Assembly: GCA_049699855.1 (NCBI GenBank) | Contig: JBNAWM010000022.1 | Span: 1-15,230 of the forward strand | Length of the DNA: 15,230 bases | Reading direction: 5' to 3' | Source: Candidatus Cryosericum sp. | Lineage (GTDB): Bacteria > Caldisericota > Caldisericia > Cryosericales > Cryosericaceae | Part shown: positions 7,098 to 14,278 of the stretch, one piece after another | How positions within the stretch are numbered: position 1 is the first letter of the stretch | How the letters are laid out: each line of letters opens with the position of its first letter | Translations under genes and position numbers: made by a program | Notes under the pieces: generated by a model | Told to the model about the DNA's origin: nothing | What the model saw: only the letters and a program-made list of their open reading frames with translations | Database searches by the model: none

Positions 7098-8737
7098 GGC
7101 ATATGGTCCCTCCACACTCGATGCGCGGACCAGCAGTACGGGCGGTTGCCAGTCTTCTTGTTCTGGCACTCCTGGCAGTTATGTCTGGATGCGCAGTACC
7201 AGCTTCCCAGGTTGTTGCCGTGGGCTCATACGACATGACGGCCGTCAACGAATTCCTGCGGTCCGCTGCGCCAGCCGCAGGGGGAATGGCGCTGGTCGTC
7301 GTCAAAGATGGAAAAATCATCGAGAGCTCGGGCTTTGGCAGATTTGGTCCTGGGACCGTCGTGGATATCGGTTCAGCATCGCGGTGGCTGGCAGCTGCGG
7401 CCATGATGACGCTGGTGGACAAGGGCCTGCTTGGACTTGATGACCCCGTGTCCAAGTACCTGCCCGAATTCACGGGGGACAAGGCCGGAATCACGATACG
7501 GCAGCTCTGGTCTTATACCTCGGGACTGCCTGCCACCGATCCCTCCATCAGTGACCGGACACTGACACTGGCCGAATGCGTCCGGCGTATTGCGGCGGAA
7601 CCCCTGCTCGCCGTTCCCGGCAGCACGGTCACGGACGGTTCGGTCTCCATCCAGGTGGGCGCCCGTGTCTGCGAGGTCCTCAGCGGGATGACCTGGCAGG
7701 AGTTCTTCCGTACCAGCATCGCCGAGCCGCTGGGCATGAACAGCACGACGTTCAATTTGATGGGATTCAATAGGAATCCCGATGTGGCCGGCGGAGCACG
7801 GTCAACAGCAGAGGACTATGCACGGTTTTTGACGATGCTTCTCCAGAATGGCACATGGTCCGGCAAACAAGTTCTGTCGCAGGAGGCTGTTGCTCAGCTT
7901 CAGCAGGATCAGGCCGCCACCGCTTCCATCGCTACGACACCCTACTCGACCACCACAACGCTGCTTCCATCCACAAGCGGAGCACGCCCCGGCCTTGGCA
8001 TGTGGCGCGAGCAGTCCGACCCCGCCACGGGCGCGCTGCTGATCGCCTCCTGTCCTGGCACATATGGATTCACTCCGTGGATCGATACCCGATTCAACCT
8101 GGCAGGCGTGCTGTCCATGAAGTATGATCTGGGCACAGCGGCCTATGACATCATGCGCATCCGACAGCTGGTGCCGGAAGCCATCACCGCCGGTCCCCGC
8201 TTCGCCGACGTACCTGCCACGTCATGGGCCTTCACTGCAGTGGCGGATTTGAGCTCCCGTGGTCTTGTGTCAGGATATGCAGATAGCAAATTCCATCCCG
8301 ATGCTTCCCTGACACGTGCAGAACTAGCCAAGCTTATGTGCGACGCACTGCACGTGGCACCTGATGCGGTCGCCACGACCACGTTCCGGGATGTACCTTC
8401 GACCTATTGGGCTGCGGGCTACATCGCCGCCGCCGTGCGCGAGGGCTGGCTGAAGGGGTATCCAGATAGCCTCTTCAAGCCCGAGGCCCCTGCCAGCAAG
8501 GCTCAGGTGCTTTCCGTCATCGCGCTCTCGCAGCACTGGAACAGCACAGCCGCGCTTCCTTTTGCGGACGTGCCAGCCATTTACTGGGCGCGCACGTCCA
8601 TTCAATCCTGTTTCGAAAAGGGAATCGTCAGAAATCCGGACACCGGCATTGTCGTGAAGGGAAACCTCGACCCAGAAGGGACCTGCACGCGCGCCCAGGT
8701 CTGCGTGTTTCTGAGCCGTCTGCTGGCGCTCCACTGA
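7094..8737 (+). CDS. Predicted lipoprotein: beta-lactamase/serine-hydrolase-fold domain with altered catalytic motifs plus three C-terminal SLH domains
   Basis: Hydrophobic signal ending in MSG-C33; family motifs GMALVVVKDGKII, LDDPVSKYLPEF, ITIRQLWSYTSGL, IAEPLGMNST and GFTPWID; three repeats of F-x-DVP-x2-3-WA ending in TRAE, SKAQ and TRAQ. GTG 7094 overlaps the ktrA TGA; alternative ATG at 7103. Confidence 0.88.
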   Translation: MRHMVPPHSMRGPAVRAVASLLVLALLAVMSGCAVPASQVVAVGSYDMTAVNEFLRSAAPAAGGMALVVVKDGKIIESSGFGRFGPGTVVDIGSASRWLAAAAMMTLVDKGLLGLDDPVSKYLPEFTGDKAGITIRQLWSYTSGLPATDPSISDRTLTLAECVRRIAAEPLLAVPGSTVTDGSVSIQVGARVCEVLSGMTWQEFFRTSIAEPLGMNSTTFNLMGFNRNPDVAGGARSTAEDYARFLTMLLQNGTWSGKQVLSQEAVAQLQQDQAATASIATTPYSTTTTLLPSTSGARPGLGMWREQSDPATGALLIASCPGTYGFTPWIDTRFNLAGVLSMKYDLGTAAYDIMRIRQLVPEAITAGPRFADVPATSWAFTAVADLSSRGLVSGYADSKFHPDASLTRAELAKLMCDALHVAPDAVATTTFRDVPSTYWAAGYIAAAVREGWLKGYPDSLFKPEAPASKAQVLSVIALSQHWNSTAALPFADVPAIYWARTSIQSCFEKGIVRNPDTGIVVKGNLDPEGTCTRAQVCVFLSRLLALH

Positions 8738-8764
8738 ACGTTTGACCCACAGGCGGGCAACATG

Positions 8765-8792
8765 AACCGCCCCGGAGCAGTCCGGGGCGGTT
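8765..8792. terminator. Hairpin between convergent genes, probable bidirectional terminator
   Basis: AACCGCCCCGGA-gcag-TCCGGGGCGGTT, a perfect 12-bp stem. Confidence 0.7.
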
Positions 8793-8817
8793 GCCGTGAG
8801 CACCTTGCTTCCGAGGG

Positions 8818-9117
8818 CTACTCGTCGTTGTCCTTGCCCGTTTCCTCGTCCTCTTCGGCTTCGTCTTCCTCGTCGTCCCAATCGGTATCACTGTCGACGA
8901 GATCATCAAGAATATCCTGAAGGTCATCCAGCCGGTCCATCAATTCATCGATGACGTCATCCGGCAGGTCAGACGCATCGATCTGCTCGTACGCCTCGTC
9001 CAGTTCCACGCGCAGGCGTGCTGCATCCTCCACGCTCACGCTGTCCTCATCAAGCTCACTGATTCTCAGCTCAAGACCGCTGACGATTTGCTCAAGCCGT
9101 ACCTGTTCCTCGTCCAT
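8818..9117 (-). CDS. Small, extremely acidic hypothetical protein (99 aa)
   Basis: SD GGGAGG 5 nt before the ATG, its own promoter and a downstream hairpin. Hand count: 44 D/E versus 6 K/R. Confidence 0.85.
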   Translation of the reverse strand: MDEEQVRLEQIVSGLELRISELDEDSVSVEDAARLRVELDEAYEQIDASDLPDDVIDELMDRLDDLQDILDDLVDSDTDWDDEEDEAEEDEETGKDNDE

Positions 9118-9153
9118 GACAGCCTCCCATGCACCCTAGGGTGTGATGTCCGC

Positions 9154-9181
9154 ACTATAGGGAAAACGACAAACGTTTCAA
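9154..9181 (-). promoter_or_regulatory. Sigma70-type promoter of the acidic protein gene (TTGAAA-N16-TATAGT)
   Basis: Minus-strand TTGAAA at 9176-9181 and TATAGT at 9154-9159. Confidence 0.6.
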
Positions 9182-9243
9182 GTCCCCTGGGCTCGACGAA
9201 GTGTTGCCACCACGAGGACGGCCAGCCTCGAACGCCCCTTCCC

Positions 9244-9543
9244 TCAGGAGGAGCTTTCGGTCTTGTCGACCGACGATCCTTCTACCGTTGGCTTCTGAGG
9301 CGCGTCCACCAGTTCCACCGCAATCGTATAAGATGCGGCCAGAGCTGCGATGGCACCGATCGCTGCCCAGATCGGCAGCAGAACCGCCCCCACAACACCC
9401 GCTGTCAGTGGAATCTCAAACAGCGTGACGCCGTCCTTGTTCTTGATCGTAATGCGCCGAACATTGCCTTGATGGACCAGGTCTTTCACCTGTTCAAGCA
9501 ACTTCTCGCCGCTCACCTTGAATTCTTCGGTTCGATTGCTCAT
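9244..9543 (-). CDS. DUF4342 domain-containing protein
   Basis: EEFKVSGEKLLEQVKDLVHQGNVRRITIKNKDGVTLFEIPLTAGVVGAVLLPIWAAIGAIAAL matches the DUF4342 pattern as I recall it. SD GAGGAG. Confidence 0.88.
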   Translation of the reverse strand: MSNRTEEFKVSGEKLLEQVKDLVHQGNVRRITIKNKDGVTLFEIPLTAGVVGAVLLPIWAAIGAIAALAASYTIAVELVDAPQKPTVEGSSVDKTESSS

Positions 9544-9700
9544 AGCTCATCTCCTCTGATGTCACGACCTGCCCGGCAGTACCTCGCAGGCTGTCACCTT
9601 GTCTACGCAGGTGAAGATACTCAGGTTACACAGGTGCTGGTACGGGCTCGTCCTTGGGGTATACTTTACTAACAAGTCTGATGTGAAAGGGAGGAACCTC

Positions 9701-10594
9701 ATGGAGAAACGACCGTTTGGCAAGACCGGTGTGGAACTCCCGATCCTGAGTCTCGGATGTCAGCGACTGGTGGATGAAGAAGGCTGCAGCCGCGACCAGG
9801 CTGTCGCCATACTGGAACAGGCTCTGAAGCGAGGCATCTGGTATTTCGACACCGCCCCCGCCTACTCGGACGGCGAGAGCGAACGCCGTGTCGGGCTGGT
9901 GGCTGCCAGGCACCGAGAAGACATGTGGATAGCAACCAAGATCAACGAGCCAACCCATGATGGTGCCCGCCGACAGTTAGAAGCCAGCCTCGAACGCCTG
10001 CAGACAGATCACGTGGAAGAAGTGCGCTTGCACAATCTCTCCAGCTTCGACCGGCTCGAAGCCGTGACCCGCAGAGATGGCGCTCTTCAAGCCCTGATTG
10101 AAGCACGAGACGAGGGACTGGTGCGGTTCATCAGCATTTCGGGGCATGCAGATCCGCAGGTGCTGCTTGAGGCCATACGACGATTTTCTTTCGACTCCGC
10201 GCTGTGCCCCCTGTCGGTGCTGGATCACTTCATCTACAGCTTCGCCGAGGAATTTCTGCCGTTTGCCCTGCAGAAGTGCATGGGGATCATCGGCATGAAG
10301 GTCTTTGGCGACAAGTCTCTTGGCGGAGATTGGCAGCGGGCCCTTCGCTACAGCCTGGGACTTCCAGTCACCACTGTCATCGCCGGCTGTTCCACCATGG
10401 AACAGCTCAATGACGACATCGATCTGGCCGAGAGCTTTGTCCCGATGACCAGCGTGGAGCGCCTGGCCTTCTTCAGAGATGTCCTGCCGCTTGTGACGCC
10501 TCAAAACATGCCCTGGAAGTCCAAGGACTGGGCACGCAAAGACTGGATAGAACGAAACGAGCCGTTTGGCCTGACGCGCAGTCAGTGCCAGTAA
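9701..10594 (+). CDS. Aldo/keto reductase
   Basis: MEKRPFGKTGVELPILSLG, FDTAPAY, IATK, SLERLQTDHVEEVRLHN (D/Y/K/H tetrad intact) and EGLVRFISISGH. SD GGAGG before ATG 9701; TATACT at 9660-9665. Confidence 0.92.
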   Translation: MEKRPFGKTGVELPILSLGCQRLVDEEGCSRDQAVAILEQALKRGIWYFDTAPAYSDGESERRVGLVAARHREDMWIATKINEPTHDGARRQLEASLERLQTDHVEEVRLHNLSSFDRLEAVTRRDGALQALIEARDEGLVRFISISGHADPQVLLEAIRRFSFDSALCPLSVLDHFIYSFAEEFLPFALQKCMGIIGMKVFGDKSLGGDWQRALRYSLGLPVTTVIAGCSTMEQLNDDIDLAESFVPMTSVERLAFFRDVLPLVTPQNMPWKSKDWARKDWIERNEPFGLTRSQCQ

Positions 10595-10696
10595 GCGGAC
10601 GGCGCAGTACAGCGTTCGCCGGCGACGCAGCACCCATGAACGCCGACGGCCTTCGCGGCACAACCGTGAAGGTACTCCATCAATAGCGAGGATACA

Positions 10697-11500
10697 ATGA
10701 GCGCAACAAGAATTCTTCCCATAGCAGTGCGCAACGCAGGCGACCTTGCCACGATCTGCACGGGCGAAGGCGCCAAGTCCGATCCATTGTGGGAACGAGC
10801 AGCCAAAGCCAAGAGGCAGTGGATCCGTGATCGCCTCGGCGAGCTGGGGACGTTCGCCTGGGTCGCCTACAACGGTGCCGACCCGATTGGCATGATCCAG
10901 TGCCACCCGGAACATGATGCCAGTGGAACAGGGGTGGCCGTCATCGACTGTATCTGGGTTCCGAAGAAGTCGCGCTGGGGACGGGGAATCGGCAGCAAGC
11001 TTCTGGCTGAGGTAGAGACAACCATGCAGCGCCAGCACCACTGGTTCGACGGCAAGCCAGCCGACGGCATCGCCGCCATGGCATTCCACGGTGAAGCCGA
11101 GGGGCAGCAGTCCGCCGAATCGTTCTACCTGCGGCACGGCTTTGTGCATGTGGACGGACATCCTGATCTGATGTTCAAGCCCTTTTCGCCGGACATCGTC
11201 TGGACCCCTGCTCCTCCGACAGCCGTGACACCGACATCTCTGCCCGATGACAATGGACGCGTGACTGTCCTCCTGGGCCCTGTCTCCTGTCCATTTCAGT
11301 ATCGCATGCTCAGTCAGACCGGAACCTATGTGGGCACCAAACTTGGCCTGCCCGTCGCCGAGGTCGATGCTGTCGGCGACCCCGATGGTTATGCCGCTCA
11401 TGGCGGATGCACGGGTGTTCTCGTGAATGGCCGCCCGCTGAAATACGACCTTCTCCAGCGTGACAAGCTCGATGCAGAGGTTGCTGGGTTACAAGCCTAG
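10697..11500 (+). CDS. GNAT family N-acetyltransferase, YoaP-like, with C-terminal CPF-containing domain
   Basis: IGMIQCHP, VIDCIWV, acetyl-CoA motif RWGRGIGSKLL, FYLRHGF, and C-terminal SCPF...GVLVNGR. SD GAGGA. Confidence 0.82.
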   Translation: MSATRILPIAVRNAGDLATICTGEGAKSDPLWERAAKAKRQWIRDRLGELGTFAWVAYNGADPIGMIQCHPEHDASGTGVAVIDCIWVPKKSRWGRGIGSKLLAEVETTMQRQHHWFDGKPADGIAAMAFHGEAEGQQSAESFYLRHGFVHVDGHPDLMFKPFSPDIVWTPAPPTAVTPTSLPDDNGRVTVLLGPVSCPFQYRMLSQTGTYVGTKLGLPVAEVDAVGDPDGYAAHGGCTGVLVNGRPLKYDLLQRDKLDAEVAGLQA

Positions 11501-12501
11501 TTTCCTGACACTTCAGCAGGGGCAGGGGTGCCAAACAGCGGACCCGTTTTCGCGCGGAGCACGTCTAGCGTGGGGATGACATAGGAGATGCCGTCAACAT
11601 ATTGTGGCACTCCTGGAAACGGAACCGACTCCACATCCTTGCTTGCCACATCCTTGTAGGTCATGGCGATCCGCGCCATCACATCAAAGGACATGTCCGT
11701 TGTGACGGCAGCGCGCACGGCACGGATGATGGCAGGGAGCCGCAACAGGGTCCGAAGGTCCTTTGTCTGGTCGATGACGGCTGCCACGAGCTTTTTCTGG
11801 CGAGCCACCCTCCCGTGATCTTCGCCAGCCCACGTCCCGAAGTCTCCGATTGCATCCATCCGGAAGCGTGCGTACTCCAGCGCCTGTTCGCCGTTCAGGT
11901 GCTGTACGCCCGGCTGCAGGTCGATGGTGACATCAACCGCCTTGTACAGCATCCGCTCCTCCACATCAATGGTGACGCCTCCCAGTGCATCAATAATAGC
12001 CGCAAAGCCCGCGAAGTCGGTCTTGACGGTATAGTCGATGCGCAAACCTGGCAGCAGGTCAGTGGTGATCGTCTTGATCAGCAAGGCGGTCCCGCCATCG
12101 CTGTAGTATCCGCTCGATGCCTGGTTCAGCTTGTTGATCCCATGGCCGGGAATCGAGACGCGCGTATCCCTCGGAAGCGACAGCAGAAGGATTCGCCTGG
12201 TAGTCGGATCCAGCCGCACCAGCATGATCGTGTCTGCACGCCCGGGGTCGCTGGCCTCGCGTGAATCAGCTCCAAGCAGGAGGATATTGAGAGGAGCCTC
12301 CAGGTCGGGTTCAGGCTGGAGGGGTATCGGTGGCACCATGCGCTGAGCAGGCGGCGGATGATCAGTGGAGACAGACACAGCGGAGCCGCTGCTGGACAGA
12401 GACCAGGCTGGCACCGCATGGGACCCAACAATGACCCCAGCAAGAAGGGCCACCATGAGTATTGATGCCAAAGTCATATGCAGAGAACGCTTTTTTGTCA
12501 C
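11497..12501 (-). CDS. LytR-CpsA-Psr (LCP) family cell-wall glycopolymer ligase
   Basis: N-terminal TM helix, NILLLGAD, RADTIMLV, LSLPRDT, LNGEQALEYARFR and GRVARQ. GTG 12501 follows SD AGGAG (the ORF track starts at ATG 12513). Its stop overlaps the GNAT stop at CTAG 11497-11500. Confidence 0.92.
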   Translation of the reverse strand: MTKKRSLHMTLASILMVALLAGVIVGSHAVPAWSLSSSGSAVSVSTDHPPPAQRMVPPIPLQPEPDLEAPLNILLLGADSREASDPGRADTIMLVRLDPTTRRILLLSLPRDTRVSIPGHGINKLNQASSGYYSDGGTALLIKTITTDLLPGLRIDYTVKTDFAGFAAIIDALGGVTIDVEERMLYKAVDVTIDLQPGVQHLNGEQALEYARFRMDAIGDFGTWAGEDHGRVARQKKLVAAVIDQTKDLRTLLRLPAIIRAVRAAVTTDMSFDVMARIAMTYKDVASKDVESVPFPGVPQYVDGISYVIPTLDVLRAKTGPLFGTPAPAEVSGN

Positions 12502-12534
12502 GCTGCTCCTCATCCTTCAGAAACGTCAACTTTC

Positions 12535-12563
12535 AGTATACACTCTCCTTTGCGCTTCTCCAA
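12535..12563 (-). promoter_or_regulatory. Putative promoter of the LCP gene (TTGGAG-N17-TATACT)
   Basis: Minus-strand TATACT at 12535-12540 and TTGGAG at 12558-12563. Confidence 0.5.
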
Positions 12564-12684
12564 TTTTGGTTTCTACCACCGCCTACAGGCGTTTTGAGCA
12601 CGGTTCTGGGCGCCCACAGACCAGCAAATCGGTCGAAGCCCATCCCGGTCCCACCGCATGCCATTGCTCAACTTTCAGCGTCGC

Positions 12685-12712
12685 TGGACTTGTTGTACTG
12701 GGAGCATACAAT
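12685..12712 (+). promoter_or_regulatory. Putative promoter of the 90 aa ORF + MFS pair (TGGACT-N16-TACAAT)
   Basis: TGGACT at 12685-12690 and TACAAT at 12707-12712. A strong SD (GGGGAGGT) lies downstream. Confidence 0.45.
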
Positions 12713-12765
12713 AATCCCACAGCATCGGTGGAAGCACAAGTGTCACGGTTGAGAGGGGAGGTCCC

Positions 12766-13038
12766 ATGAATGAAGAGTGCATAGGCAAGCTCTTGTCAGG
12801 TCCGATAGCGGTCGAACAACTGGAAGCATGCGTGCACTCGGTGCTCAAGAGCATCGCTCAAACCAATTCCGGTTCAAGGATTGTCTTGACGTCCAACGGA
12901 GTTAAGGCAGGATATCTCACGGAAACGGTGCCCTTCGATGAAGTTAAAGTGTTGCGCTACTGGCGTGGCGCCCTTGGCATCAAGACCGAACTGTCATATC
13001 ACAACAAGTTTGTTGGAGTTCTGCTTCTCAAGAAATGA
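12766..13038 (+). CDS. Hypothetical protein (90 aa)
   Basis: Strong SD GGAGGT before the ATG; the stop overlaps the MFS start (ATGA). No family recognised. Confidence 0.8.
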   Translation: MNEECIGKLLSGPIAVEQLEACVHSVLKSIAQTNSGSRIVLTSNGVKAGYLTETVPFDEVKVLRYWRGALGIKTELSYHNKFVGVLLLKK

Positions 13039-14174
13039 CGTTCGAGAAATACGACCCGATCGTTCCAATCGACATTGGCCTCACGCAAGGCTTGTCCTCA
13101 GCCTTCTTCACCATCATAGCAACACGGCTGGGAGCAACCCCCCTGTTGATTGGCATCATAGCAAGCAGTCCCTATATTGGCAACCTGCTTGCTCCCCTCT
13201 GGTCCGCCCTGACGCAGAGACGTGAGATCAAGAAGACGCTTGCGGTCGCAATCTTTTTAGCCGCAGCAACTGTCATCGCACTGTCCTTCGTGAAAACGCC
13301 CCTGCTGTTCACCCTCGCCGTCGTCGTGTACTTCCTCTTCTTTGGAGCTTGGGACGTGCTGTACCCCGCACTGATCGATTCAATTTACGCAGAAGTTGCA
13401 GTGAGCGTCATTGCTCGCTTTGATCAGTTTCGCAGCGTTGCCTACACTCTGGTCGTTGTTTTCTCTGGATATCTGATGGGCATTGCCGGCTACATGACAG
13501 CGTTTGCGCTGGCAGCCGTCTCCCTGGTCCTGGCAGGCTTTGCCATTCTCCATAGCAGAACTAAAGTCGCATCCTCCGATGACTTGGAGGAAGTTACAGC
13601 TATCGGTATTATCAACCAAGATGCACCTATCCGCAAGCTCGTGCTGATTTTTATGGTCGCGGGAACGGGCATGCTGATGATGCTGCCCGCATTGCCTGTC
13701 ATCGAAGTCAAGACCCTCAAGCTTTCTGACGCCAGCATAGGAATACTGCTTGCAGTGAATAGCCTGGCCTATATTGTCGCCATGGAACTCTGGGCACGGA
13801 TCGTGAGGAGTGTGGCAACTCTCCACGTGACGTTCATTGTTGGCCTTGTCTCCATCGCTATCATGGCATTACTCTACGGTTTCTTTCCTACGTTTGCGCT
13901 CCTGATCGTTGCAAACGTCTTCTGTGGCATAGGAGGGTCCTCGATCTCTTTCTTCTGGCAGACATTCTCCATAAGCCATCCCGATTACCGCACCGAAGAC
14001 CTGTCCTCGCTGCATCTCTTCACGTGTGGAGTCCGGGGTGTCTATGCGCCGCTTGTCGGTGCACTGATCATTGCCGTGCTCGGTGCCAAGATGGACTTTG
14101 TGCTCTCGGCTGTTGTTGTTGCGATAGGGTTGCTGTTGTTCCTGGCCATCGGCAAGGATGTCTTTCCCGTGTGA
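13035..14174 (+). CDS. Major facilitator superfamily transporter
   Basis: 379 aa with roughly 12 hydrophobic segments in two halves separated by a polar loop. LGATPLLIGII and APLVGALII are MFS-like; motif A is degenerate. Substrate unknown. Confidence 0.82.
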   Translation: MTFEKYDPIVPIDIGLTQGLSSAFFTIIATRLGATPLLIGIIASSPYIGNLLAPLWSALTQRREIKKTLAVAIFLAAATVIALSFVKTPLLFTLAVVVYFLFFGAWDVLYPALIDSIYAEVAVSVIARFDQFRSVAYTLVVVFSGYLMGIAGYMTAFALAAVSLVLAGFAILHSRTKVASSDDLEEVTAIGIINQDAPIRKLVLIFMVAGTGMLMMLPALPVIEVKTLKLSDASIGILLAVNSLAYIVAMELWARIVRSVATLHVTFIVGLVSIAIMALLYGFFPTFALLIVANVFCGIGGSSISFFWQTFSISHPDYRTEDLSSLHLFTCGVRGVYAPLVGALIIAVLGAKMDFVLSAVVVAIGLLLFLAIGKDVFPV

Positions 14175-14196
14175 CCGACTGCCACGCCATAGAAAA

Positions 14197-14230
14197 CCGC
14201 CGTGAGATGGTACTCGTTAACCCACGGCGG
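14197..14230. terminator. Hairpin between convergent MFS and permease genes
   Basis: CCGCCGTG...CACGGCGG 8-bp stem, with AAAA upstream and TGTTT downstream. Confidence 0.55.
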
Positions 14231-14278
14231 CTGTTTCGTCTCCAGCTACGATAGTTTTCCTGCAGAGAACCCCTCTGC

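Noticed and set aside
8195..8720. Repeated sequence blocks as a possible DNA repeat array
   Set aside because: They are protein-level SLH repeats; there is no CRISPR-like repeat-spacer structure here or elsewhere in the window.
1815..9117. Acidic protein as an Ugi-like inhibitor of the MUG in this window
   Set aside because: The genes are over 6 kb apart in separate units, and Ugi targets family 1 UNG rather than MUG.
10592..10699. Possible stop read-through fusing AKR and GNAT (same frame)
   Set aside because: A second in-frame stop (TGA) lies in the spacer, and the GNAT has its own SD.
9977..11401. 474 aa minus-strand ORF spanning the AKR and GNAT genes
   Set aside because: The two plus-strand genes share a frame, so their stop-poor antisense frames join; the translation has no protein-like motifs.
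11497..11500. Convergent GNAT and LCP genes sharing CTAG stop codons
   Set aside because: A common compact-genome arrangement; nothing further suggests antisense regulation.
12594..12671. Possible c-di-GMP-I riboswitch (GCAAA...GAA)
   Set aside because: The P2 stem and downstream consensus do not fit, and the segment lies upstream of both predicted promoters.
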